Positions 49,575 to 58,786 of a stretch of 64,000 nucleotides of DNA are shown here, in pieces. The position numbers were made by a program, and so were the translations under genes. Origin of the DNA: a virus (Duplodnaviria; Heunggongvirae; Uroviricota; Caudoviricetes); the IMG/VR virus record IMGVR_UViG_3300020045_006153, positions 289,234-353,233 of that record. One strand, written 5' to 3'. The notes beneath the pieces were generated by a model. That model was not told the origin of the DNA, did not search any database, and was given only the letters and a program-made list of their open reading frames with translations. Position 1 is the stretch's first letter; every line of letters starts with the position of its first letter.

Positions 49575-49733
49575 TTCGTGTTCCTTTGTTTGCTGCGTTG
49601 TATGTATTATAAGGCCGTTTGAGAGAGAATGCAATACTTTTTTGAAATGTTACACTTTGTTACATCTGCGTGAGATCGTGAGAAAGCCCGCGCACTTCAC
49701 AGCGGGCGGGCTTACTAAATCAACTTGACTTAA

Positions 49734-50003
49734 TTAAACTAGGCCAAGTGCCATTGCTTTGTAGCCAGCAGCCACGATCTCACGGCTTGGAGTACCTAGT
49801 ACATACTCGCTTACCTGTACGCCGTTGCCTGCCTTGCGATTCTTCAAATACACTGCGTAACCACTGTGGCGGATGCGACTAACTTCAGCACGGATGTTCA
49901 TGATACCAAACCGCTTTGCAGCCTGTGATTGGGTAACACGGTCACCTTGTTGTAGTGCTGTGAACAGTTTGTATGTCTTTGTTTCTGGGCTAATCTTCTT
50001 CAT
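49734..50003 (-). CDS. Winged-HTH DNA-binding protein
   Basis: VTQSQAAKRFGIMNIRAEVSRIR..GY.V. Confidence 0.7.
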   Translation of the reverse strand: MKKISPETKTYKLFTALQQGDRVTQSQAAKRFGIMNIRAEVSRIRHSGYAVYLKNRKAGNGVQVSEYVLGTPSREIVAAGYKAMALGLV

Positions 50004-50092
50004 ATATTGTTTTCCTTATTGTGTACTGCTTAACAGTTAAAACTATTGTAGCAAATACACAACAGGTAAATCAATATATTATTTTGCCAAAC

Positions 50093-50305
50093 TTAGCTCT
50101 TTGAGGAAGTAGACTTGAACAACAGGCCAAACAGCACAAGGATACCCCAGGCCTGAAGCCAAGTAATTTCATGCACGCCGTCGACTAGTCCAACCAAGCA
50201 CCCATTCCACAGCCAATAGACTGGCAAACTCATCAGCAAGCCAAACCCAACGATAAGAGCAACAATGCCGAGAATGCCGAGAATAATTGTAGAGATAGCG
50301 TTCAT
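50093..50305 (-). CDS. Small membrane protein
   Basis: WLWN..ITWLQAWG hydrophobic. Confidence 0.6.
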   Translation of the reverse strand: MNAISTIILGILGIVALIVGFGLLMSLPVYWLWNGCLVGLVDGVHEITWLQAWGILVLFGLLFKSTSSKS

Positions 50306-50393
50306 GTGTGATCCTTTTGTGTGTTTATGTATATGCCCGTACAGTTGTGTGCAGTGCTATGCAGCGGGGTACTGGTATAGCACTGCGCTTGTA

Positions 50394-50807
50394 TTAGAAC
50401 GGTGCGTCTTCGAGTGCAGCGTTTACTACGGCATCTTCGTCCTTAGCAACCTTGGCTGCATTGACCTTGGCTTTGATGCCTTCGATAGTGGGCTTTGCTT
50501 TTGCAACCTTAGCAGGCTTCTCAGCCTTCACTTTAGGCTCTTTAGCAGGCTTCACTGCACGGGCTTCCACTGCTTCTTCCAGTGCAGCCTCAACATCGGC
50601 ATTCATAACGCCGTCGACCATTGCAAAGTCGATGCTGATCAAATGTGCAATCGCATCTTCCTTCTCCATTGCGGAGGGCAGTTCGATGATGTTAATGTCA
50701 GTGTGGCCGTTCTTTGCCAGCACCTTAACGCGGATAGCGTCATTTGCAAAGCGAACCTTAACGATACCGTTGAGAGTGGAAACGCCAGCGTGTGTAAAAG
50801 TAGTCAT
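50394..50807 (-). CDS. 'GVSTLNG..VRFAN' family copy 3 with Lys/Ala/Pro-rich tail
   Basis: Paralog of 37825 and 44459; KPAKEPKVKAEKPAK tail. Confidence 0.7.
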   Translation of the reverse strand: MTTFTHAGVSTLNGIVKVRFANDAIRVKVLAKNGHTDINIIELPSAMEKEDAIAHLISIDFAMVDGVMNADVEAALEEAVEARAVKPAKEPKVKAEKPAKVAKAKPTIEGIKAKVNAAKVAKDEDAVVNAALEDAPF

Positions 50808-50918
50808 TTTAAATATCCTTTTCTGTGTGTGTAAAGTGTTATAAACTAGCACTGTTGCTTGTTTATGTATTAATTATAGCGTCAACTGGTAATGTCGTCA
50901 ACCGTTTTGTTGTTGTAA

Positions 50919-51332
50919 TTAAACAACAGCAACATGTAAAGCAGATTCCAGCGTTACTGCTTTGTTTCCGTATGTATAGTATTGCCACACGCCGTTCGTG
51001 TCCATGACATATACATGTTCCCAGTTGCTTAATGCTTCAGCAACTGAGTTGTAAGTAGCAAACGGGCTGCATTCATCGCGATCTCGTCCGTAGAAGCGAC
51101 ACTGAACAGCAACACCATCTTCAAAAACAATCGGATCATTGAAACTGACCTTGTTGCCAATTTCCTTGCCCAACACAGAACAATCGCCCATGGCCACGAG
51201 ATTGTTTGCTTTGGTACTGTTGTAATGCTCGAGTAGCACCTTGCCGGTGTAGCGCAAGTAACCGTCGGAGTGTACGTAGATTGCTTTGAACTTAGTTCCG
51301 TGCATTACGCCTACTAGTGCATGTGTGCTCAT
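50919..51332 (-). CDS. Early hypothetical protein
   Basis: IYVHSDGY..G..L..HY; FYGRDR. Confidence 0.7.
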   Translation of the reverse strand: MSTHALVGVMHGTKFKAIYVHSDGYLRYTGKVLLEHYNSTKANNLVAMGDCSVLGKEIGNKVSFNDPIVFEDGVAVQCRFYGRDRDECSPFATYNSVAEALSNWEHVYVMDTNGVWQYYTYGNKAVTLESALHVAVV

Positions 51333-51377
51333 TGTGTGTTCCTTGTTACTGTGTATGCTTGTATTATACAACGGCAA

Positions 51378-51578
51378 TTAGCCGTTGTCAACCATTTCCA
51401 GCAAACGATCGTAGTGTTCTAAGAACTCTTGTGCAGTCTGTGCCATGCGCTTCATAGCGGACAGTTCGTATGTGGACAAGTCCATTTCCTTCAGCGTCTC
51501 GGCTTCTTCCATTGCGCTAACGCAATCTTGCAAGTCACTGGAAGTGTTCTCAAAACGGCAGTAAGACATATTGCTCAT
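51378..51578 (-). CDS. Early hypothetical protein
   Basis: MSYCRFENT..DL.DC. Confidence 0.7.
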   Translation of the reverse strand: MSNMSYCRFENTSSDLQDCVSAMEEAETLKEMDLSTYELSAMKRMAQTAQEFLEHYDRLLEMVDNG

Positions 51579-51638
51579 TGTGTGCTCCTGTTTAACATGT
51601 ATGTATTATAACAGCCTTTTTATAGGGTGTCAACAACT

Positions 51639-52211
51639 TTATGCCAGAGGATCTGTGCAAACAATTTGCTGCCCACGCAACATAAAGTTGCCTTTATGCA
51701 GATCCCAACCTATGCTTTTGTTGCATTTTGATTTCGATGCTTTCAACACCTTAATAGCCTCGCTCAGCGGTTTCGGAAGTGTCCTATTTGTAATGCCCAA
51801 CCGCGCCCGCACTGTTGGCTCTGTCATTACGTCATGGAAGTTCCTGCGATGCAGTGTATCGGAAAACCAGTAAGGTATATTGTCCTCGGCCTTTGTCAAC
51901 GGAGCCAGTTTCTCCATTGCAACCACCATCACTTCGTTTTGCTTACTTACAATAAAGCGAACCCCGTAAATCTTCGGCGTGTACGGATTGTGAGTCTTCT
52001 GCTGCGCCAGTGTTTTAACGTAGGCAATGTATCCGTCGTTGTCGCATACATGACTGATCTTGTACACAACATCGTTATCAGGTGAACCAAACACACGACC
52101 ATACAGTCCCGATCCCAAATATGTCGTCGCGCCCTGCGCCTCAATCATTTCTTCGGCCTGATCGTATGCTTCGGTACCATCGGCTGCATCTAGTGTTTCG
52201 ATTTCAAACAT
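51639..52211 (-). CDS. Minimal protein kinase-like enzyme
   Basis: YLGSGLYGRVF, VVYKI, MEKL, DLHKGNFM, TDP. Confidence 0.8.
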   Translation of the reverse strand: MFEIETLDAADGTEAYDQAEEMIEAQGATTYLGSGLYGRVFGSPDNDVVYKISHVCDNDGYIAYVKTLAQQKTHNPYTPKIYGVRFIVSKQNEVMVVAMEKLAPLTKAEDNIPYWFSDTLHRRNFHDVMTEPTVRARLGITNRTLPKPLSEAIKVLKASKSKCNKSIGWDLHKGNFMLRGQQIVCTDPLA

Positions 52212-52267
52212 CTCTGTTCCCGTGTTGTTAAAGTATGTATGTATTATAACTGCACTTTGCCAAACTG

Positions 52268-52471
52268 TCAACTGTTTTTAATAGTAGTAAAGAAACTATT
52301 TTTCAACTCACTAATCTCATCTACAGGGATATAGAAGTCAGTGAGAGGATCCCAATACTCGCCAGCCTTGGGATCGTAATATGCAACACGGCCATTGGGA
52401 TAGTGGAACGGTCCCTCGAGTCCTTTGCGGGGACCGTATTCCTTGCTGTGCTTGAAAACAACGTATCCCAT
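52268..52471 (-). CDS. Hypothetical protein
   Basis: GLEGPF..YYDPKAGEYWDP. Confidence 0.65.
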   Translation of the reverse strand: MGYVVFKHSKEYGPRKGLEGPFHYPNGRVAYYDPKAGEYWDPLTDFYIPVDEISELKNSFFTTIKNS

Positions 52472-52673
52472 CGCATACTCCTTGCTGTGAAGTATGTATT
52501 ATACTATCGACTGAAGATAGTGTCAAGATCTTTCTTCACTTCAAACTCGCCGCGCTCCGTCATACCTTGCAACGTGATCTCGATCAATGATTCGCTAATT
52601 TCGTTAACCGTTCGCATAACATCATCCATATTGAATGTATAATACACGATGTATTGTTTATCTTCGTCCGGAT

Positions 52674-52904
52674 TCATATGTCAAACCCTTCTGCAATCAA
52701 CTCTTCAATTGCTTTGTTAAACTCATCTTGGATGTTCCATACAGAAGCAGCAATTCGCTCGTCCTTTTTACGACGGGCTCGAGCAGAACCTTTTTGGTAT
52801 ACATCAAAAATATGGTCTTTGCAGTACGATCGATCCTTTACGGCTTCGTTGCAACATGCAGGCTTCATTCCGGGGCTGTTCCCGATCCATTGACAATTGT
52901 TCAT
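52674..52904 (-). CDS. Small Cys/His protein, GcrA C-terminal-like
   Basis: CQWIG..C..RSYC..H. Confidence 0.45.
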   Translation of the reverse strand: MNNCQWIGNSPGMKPACCNEAVKDRSYCKDHIFDVYQKGSARARRKKDERIAASVWNIQDEFNKAIEELIAEGFDI

Positions 52905-53332
52905 TTTTATTTTCCTTACACTACTAACAGTGCCCCGAAGGGCGATTGGATTATTTGTTCTTGTTTTTAGTTTCTTTGGCTTCTGCAACTTGTGCAGACT
53001 TTCCGCTGTATGCTGTGCCTGCTTTGTGGATCAAACCAGTTTTAGTGTACACGATAGTGCCGCCGGCAGAGGATGGGATGGAGTTTTTCATTTGGTTCTT
53101 TCTATGTTAATGTATTATACGATCTGTTTACTGCTCTGTCAAGTAGTGGGCCACTTCTTTCTTGCCCAGTTGCCGAGGTACATACCTACAGCCAGCGCAC
53201 CTATCCATGCCATAAGTAATGTATAAGCCTGCAAGTCATACCAGATAAGCGCAAGCATTGCACTCATCATTACAACAAATGTTGCCACCTGCTTGGCACG
53301 ATTGATTTCTTGCAGTGTGCATTCAATCTTCA

Positions 53333-53608
53333 TTACATGCTCCAATATGCTTCGCTTGCAGGGCTGCAGAAGTTGGGTGTGTCCTCTGCTTCCATGTAGG
53401 GCAAGCCGCTCATCAAGTTAATCCGCTCAACCATCTTCACAGGGCGAGCAGCGAATTCTGCAGCGGACACAATTTGCCACTTCACAAGGCCTGCGTTCTT
53501 ATTCATCTTCGTGCAAACCATCTTTGCACCTTGCTCAGTGTACTGCTTCTTATCCCAACTGTACTTGCCGTGGAAAAAACCAGTTGCAATCTCTTGAATG
53601 TAAAACAT
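53333..53608 (-). CDS. Early hypothetical protein
   Basis: NLMSG..DTP..CSPASEAYWSM. Confidence 0.65.
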   Translation of the reverse strand: MFYIQEIATGFFHGKYSWDKKQYTEQGAKMVCTKMNKNAGLVKWQIVSAAEFAARPVKMVERINLMSGLPYMEAEDTPNFCSPASEAYWSM

Positions 53609-53647
53609 ACTCTGCTCCTTGTTACTGTGTATGCTTGTATTATAACA

Positions 53648-54518
53648 CTACAAACGAAACTGAGCAAGCATTTCTTTTGCATCTTCACAAGACTTTACTT
53701 CGTCTAGTGCAGCGTGTACAATGAGGTCACGGATAGTAACATACTCGGGACCACCCCGAGCTAGCAGGGCATCCAGATCCTCTTGCGTTTCACAAGACCA
53801 CACTTGTTCAGCAATCCAGTGCTGTTCCATTGTGAGCCCGTATAGTTTAATTCCCATCCACTTCCTCTTCTTCCTCTAGACCCACAAGGGTTTCCAGATT
53901 ATCCTTCCAGTCAGCGTTATGCTGCTTGCCAATCCATTCGATCACTGCTTCAATGGCGCCAGGGTTGTCCGCAAAGAAGTTTTCCAGCACACCACAGAAG
54001 ATTGAAGTGTATCCACACACATTCTCAATTACTGTTTCCATGTGCTTAACGCCGCGCTCGCCTTCCATGCAGTACATCTTGTTGTCTTCCATGTAGCGTT
54101 GCAGCGGTTCTTCGATAGTTGGCATAATCAACTCCTTGTTACTGTGTATACATGTATTATAACGTCAGTTGAAAGTTACGTCAATAACAATATCAGTAAT
54201 TGCACCCTCTGTGTCCCAGTCCATACGTGTAACTGTGATCGTCCGCGACTGCTCGGCGAGCCGCTCAAGGACTGCCTTTTTCAAACTGTCCATTAACTCA
54301 GAGACCATCTGTGCAGTGTCGTGGCGCACATCCGAAAGGCCGGCGACGACCGCAGCACGATCAGTGGCGTATGTTTGCGTATCAATGAACATGTCAACGT
54401 ATGCTTCTACGTTGGATATAAATGCAGCCCTTGCAATACCGTCAACCATGCTTGCTTGGCTCCACAATGCAGCATGGCCCATCAGCACTGCTGCGCTGTC
54501 GTTGTAGTTCACTGTCAT
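53648..54518 (-). CDS. Three early hypothetical ORFs (53648-53857, 53847-54125, 54165-54518)
   Basis: RBS/promoter-led, acidic. Confidence 0.55.
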
Positions 54519-54705
54519 TTTAATTCCTCTTTTCTACGTTGATACGGTTGTCCATACCGTCGTGATTGATCAAGCTGTCCAGCACATACATTTCATCACA
54601 CGTTTGGATGAAGAACACTGTGTCAACGTAGTTTCCCAAAAGGAACACATCCCATGCTTGCATCTTCTACTCCTTTGTTGCTATGCTTGTATTATAGCGT
54701 AGAGA

Positions 54706-55038
54706 TTAAGCCTTGTCAACCTCTATCAGCAAGTGTTCTTCAAACAGCCAAGTGATGTTGGAGCCAGCAACGTTAGGTACGTCGTCCTCAGTAATCCATT
54801 CCGCAGCTTCATCCTCAGTAAGGGTTTGCGACTTGCCATCGTATAGCTGAACCAAAATGTATTGCTTCATATCCACCTCTGTCTCTGTCATGATCAATAG
54901 TTCTTCTTCACCCCGCCAAGCAGTAACCCCGCCGGTCCCCTTAATTGCGCGACCATTGCCCTTCTTTCGCTTAAGGAATTCCTGCTCGGTTACTTCCCTG
55001 GACCTGCCGCTGTATAAGTCAATCACGAGGTATTTCAT
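54706..55038 (-). CDS. Internally duplicated two-domain small protein
   Basis: MKYLVIDLYSGRSREVTE vs MKQYILVQLYDGKSQTLTE. Confidence 0.55.
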   Translation of the reverse strand: MKYLVIDLYSGRSREVTEQEFLKRKKGNGRAIKGTGGVTAWRGEEELLIMTETEVDMKQYILVQLYDGKSQTLTEDEAAEWITEDDVPNVAGSNITWLFEEHLLIEVDKA

Positions 55039-55039
55039 A

Positions 55040-57030
55040 TCACTCTCCGTAATAGCCGTAGTCTTCATCGGTGCCAAAGCCGGCACTAGCCATGCCGCTG
55101 TCAAAGTCGCCATCCATGGACTCGTCGTATTCGGGATCAACTTCTTCGTCACTATTGTCAACGAAGTAATCGTTGGACAGGCACATGTCCTTCACGCTGT
55201 CTTCACTCATGTACGCAAGCGCCATATCAGCAACAGCACGGGGATCAATGGTGCCGTCGTCCATTCCTTCGATCAGTTTGCAAGTGTATTCGCGAATCTT
55301 TGCAAATTGTGCGTCATTCATTGTATGTCCTTTGTTGCGTATGCTTGTATTATAACAGCGAATTGCTACACTGTCAACGACTAAAGTGTTGCAGTTGAGA
55401 TTGCCACGGGCTTGCTATCAATCTCGCATAGCACAACTGATACCATGTGTTCTTTGCTGCGTGGAGGGCAGATCACTTTGATTGCAGATTGCTTTGCTGC
55501 ATACAGTGATTCAGCATGGATGTTCCACACCTTTCCATTATAGAATGCTTTGTATCCGTTCATATTATTCCCCGTATGTTTCGTTGATATCACACTCGAT
55601 TTCACACATCACTTCATCGATACTTTCTGCCCACTCGCTCAATCCCACGGTGTCACAGTCGTATACTTGCTCGAAAGCACTGATAGCGGCTTTGAGGTTT
55701 TCAGCGTGGATAGCCAAGATGCGGAAGCGCTCGTTTGCTTGATCTTGCGTAAGGGTAGTTGCAGTGTGTGCCATATAGTTCCTTTGTGTTGCTATGCTTG
55801 TATTATAACAGCATAACAACACATTGTCAACAATTAAACTTCGTAACCCATCAATCGCATTGCATAGCGAAAGGGTTCGGGTTCATCGGGCTCGGACAGT
55901 CCGTAAATGAACGAGCGCACTTCTTCGCTCGTCTCGTCCTCGAACACATAGTATGCATCGCTGATGTCAGCAAGCGATTCAACTCGCTTAACAAACTCTT
56001 CGAGGGAGTTGATCATATCAGTCTTCCCACGAGGAGTCGAGATATGCGTCGGGCTCAACAGCACAGTCGTCTTCGTTCATCACGTACTCGTCATCATCAG
56101 TGAGTGCGTCGGTTCCGTTGACTTCGTAGTCAGGACCTTCGTTATCGTAGTAGTCGTCGATCTCGTACTGTTCATCGTACCAGTTATCGTTGTAGTAGTC
56201 TGTTTCCATGATCTGCTCCTTACTGTGTATGCTTGTATTATAACAGCGAATTGCTATGCTGTCAACGACTTTACATTAGTGCAGGGATGCCTTTGACATT
56301 ATACCCGTCGGCAGTTGCTTTGTGCAGCACCTCAACCCTGAGGGTCGTGCCCATACGTGCACACATGTCCAACACCCATTGCTTGTCAGCAAAGGACACT
56401 TCGTCGCCACGCCCTTCCATTGTTGCTTGTTTGATCAGGCGCAGCTTGTTCTTCTCGTAAGCGTTGAGCAATGAGTAGTTCATATCAGTCTCCCTTGGCT
56501 TTGAACTCAGCAATCATCGAGTCCATCCAAGCAAACCGTGCTTCACGGACTTTATTGAGGTCCTCGGTGACGTAAGCAACCAACCTGTGGTTCCTATTCA
56601 ACCAGCTTTCAAACGTATAGCAGCCATCGAGTCGGACTGCAATCAAGTCGAGCACGTTATCAATCTGATCGTCCAGTTGGTCCTGTTCTGTCCAGGTCAT
56701 GCCCTTGCGTACATCATCGCCGACTTGCTTAAGGACGTTGCAAATGTACGGCTGATGTACATACAATTGCAGGCGGGTTTTGCAGAGCAGTGTAGACGTT
56801 TTCATGTTGTTCCTTTGTTGCTTGCATGTATTATATTACACGCCGGCTAACTTGTCAAGCAAAGAATGCAATGCCTCAGCCTCTTCGCAAAATTCTGCCA
56901 TCGCACCGTCTGGGTAATCCTGCGGAAATGCTGCAACGGATTCAATGCTGTCCTCTACGTCTTCGAGGAGCTTGCGCCATGCACGGTAAGCAATATTGCG
57001 CTCGTCGTCTGTGAGGTTAACTGTTTTCAT
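55040..57030 (-). CDS. Run of small early ORFs (55040-55321, 55381-55563, 55565-55774, 55834-56015, 56018-56209, 56271-56483, 56485-56805, 56836-57030)
   Basis: Each led by the repeated promoter or a coupled GGAG RBS; several extremely acidic. Confidence 0.55.
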
Positions 57031-57089
57031 GTTGTTCCTTTGTGTTGCTATGCATGTATTATAACAAGGTTTTACCTACGTGTCAACTA

Positions 57090-57425
57090 CTAATCGCCCC
57101 TTGTGTCAGTATTCAATGTTGGTTGCACAGTTCTACGTATCTCTACCTCACGCTTGTGTGCAGCAACTTTACCGCGTACAACTTCATGCACGAGGATCTC
57201 TATTTCTTCTTTAGTGTCGAGAGTGCGCAGTGCAACACACAGTAGCCAATCCTTACCTTCTGTTTTAGCACGATAGAAGTGCTTTGCGGCGCGAGACTTC
57301 ACAGACTTTTGTATAGTGCTTTCCGTCTTTGCAGTAACTCCGATGTAGTTCTGCCCAGCAACACGCAACTCATATATGATATGATTTCTGTCTTCGCGTT
57401 TTTTACGTGCAACTTGTTTGTCCAT
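57090..57425 (-). CDS. Stand-alone GIY-YIG nuclease-like domain, leaderless
   Basis: HIIYELRVAGQNYIGVT..R..KH..E; ATG 6 nt after TATAAT. Confidence 0.7.
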   Translation of the reverse strand: MDKQVARKKREDRNHIIYELRVAGQNYIGVTAKTESTIQKSVKSRAAKHFYRAKTEGKDWLLCVALRTLDTKEEIEILVHEVVRGKVAAHKREVEIRRTVQPTLNTDTRGD

Positions 57426-57481
57426 ACATGTATTATAAGGCAATTTCGCCAAACCGTCAATATATTTTTGCCACTATTTTC

Positions 57482-57825
57482 GTTGTTTTCCCGCCACGCC
57501 CCAGGCACTTCAAAATTGTGGATAACCTGTGGATATGCTGTTAGTAACCTGTGGATAACCTATGTGGCAGAAAAGCCACTGTGGATAACCTGTGGATAAC
57601 TCAAAACTGTGAGATTCTCGCCACATGTTGTATAAAAGCAACTTGTGGATAACTTTGTGTGGCTTTAAAACAACAGTGGATAACCTGTGGATAAGTTTTT
57701 GCGGGAGATCGTTGTATTTTTACAACACTGTGGATAAGTTGTGGATAACTTATCGTTGTATAAAAGCCACAGTGCATAACTTGTGGATAACCAGAATCCA
57801 AATGCACTGTGAGAATTTTGCCACA
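57482..57825. repeat. DnaA-box array interleaved with 16-bp palindromes (oriC/datA-like)
   Basis: 9 perfect TGTGGATAA (=TTATCCACA) plus 3 near matches, all co-oriented. Confidence 0.85.
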
Positions 57826-57827
57826 CA

Positions 57828-57916
57828 TAGTAGAGCAAACAGGATTCGAACCTGTGAAAGAAACTATAATTATATAGTTGGCAACCCTGACCTGCCGTTA
57901 CACCCTTGCTCTACTA
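57828..57916 (-). tRNA. Degenerate tRNA-like element (possibly Gly-GCC derived)
   Basis: Acceptor-like stem and ACAGG-TTCGAAT-CCTGT T-arm; broken D/anticodon stems; no CCA. Confidence 0.45.
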
Positions 57917-57920
57917 TATG

Positions 57921-57998
57921 TGGTAGGACGAGTGGGAGTCGAACCCACGATCCATCGATTATGAGTCGATTGCTTTAGGCCATCTAAGCTATCATCCT
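57921..57998 (-). tRNA. tRNA CAT anticodon (Ile2-like; Met not excluded)
   Basis: Cloverleaf; ATCGA-CTCATAA-TCGAT; encoded CCA. Confidence 0.88.
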
Positions 57999-58007
57999 AA
58001 GCCATTT

Positions 58008-58093
58008 TGGTGCGGGTAGCCGGACTCGAACCGGCACGGATTTCTCCGAGGGATTTTAAGTCCCTTGCGTCTACCAAATTTCACCATACCCGC
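58008..58093 (-). tRNA. tRNA-Leu(TAA)
   Basis: AGGGA-CTTAAAA-TCCCT, long variable arm, CCA. Confidence 0.92.
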
Positions 58094-58208
58094 AATTAAC
58101 CTTAATAGGATGAGCCAATCTCATCTCTATACAAAACTTACTTAGCAGTACTGCCAAACTATTCTTCCCTAAACAGGCAAAGTCATTAGCAGCACTCCCT
58201 ATACATTA

Positions 58209-58237
58209 ATTATACACACATTCCCCGCCCCTGTCAA
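58209..58237 (-). promoter_or_regulatory. sigma70 promoter upstream of tRNA cluster
   Basis: TTGACA-N17-TATAAT. Confidence 0.75.
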
Positions 58238-58786
58238 CAACTACTTTACTCATAACGTATACAGCAGCGGGGTCATACACAACTACAGCAACTCTCACAC
58301 AGCAATCTATAACACTATACAGCATACTAGAGCAGCGGGGTCTATACATATAAGTCGATCCTACGTAGTGAAAGGTTAGACTTTTATAGCAACATGCGTA
58401 TATGCACATACAACGCATACACACACTACAAGTACATATGCACGTAGTATAAGGTTACAGTGTTAGCAATTGCTATGCTAGAGCAGCGGGGTCTTTGTAC
58501 TCATAGGATTTAAGACCGTTTAATTGCACGGTTTATATCGTTTATGTACATAGGTAGTGGTTCAAATAACATGGTACAAAATTGGATCAAAATGGATCAA
58601 AATGGGACGTTTTTGGCTCAGAATAAGGCAGATTCTTCGTTATTTTGGTTGGATTCTGAATAAATTTGGACTAGAAATATAAGCGTAGATTTATTATTTG
58701 GACGTTGGAGGGAGAGGCATAGTTAGAATGGTGCCAATAGGGCCCCAGGTAAAATCAATATGTTTTTCAACTATGCCCAGGTAAAA

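Larger units (their letters stand above)
34930..57460 (-). repeat. Dispersed repeat: >50 copies of a sigma70 early promoter/leader (TTGACA-N17-TATAATACAWRCAYA..CAAAGGA)
   Basis: + strand reads ..TATG(C/T)(A/T)TGTATTATA-N17-TGTCAA every ~150-900 bp; e.g. -10 at 34952-57 and -35 at 34975-80. Confidence 0.92.

Noticed and set aside
34930-57460. Repeat array as CRISPR or integron
   Set aside because: Repeats are degenerate promoters separated by 150-900 bp coding DNA; no constant spacer length, cas gene, attC structure or integrase seen
57482-57825. Mini-CRISPR or the short ORFs called across it
   Set aside because: Units are 9-bp DnaA boxes and 16-bp palindromes; ORFs only translate the repeat (LWIT/YPQ)
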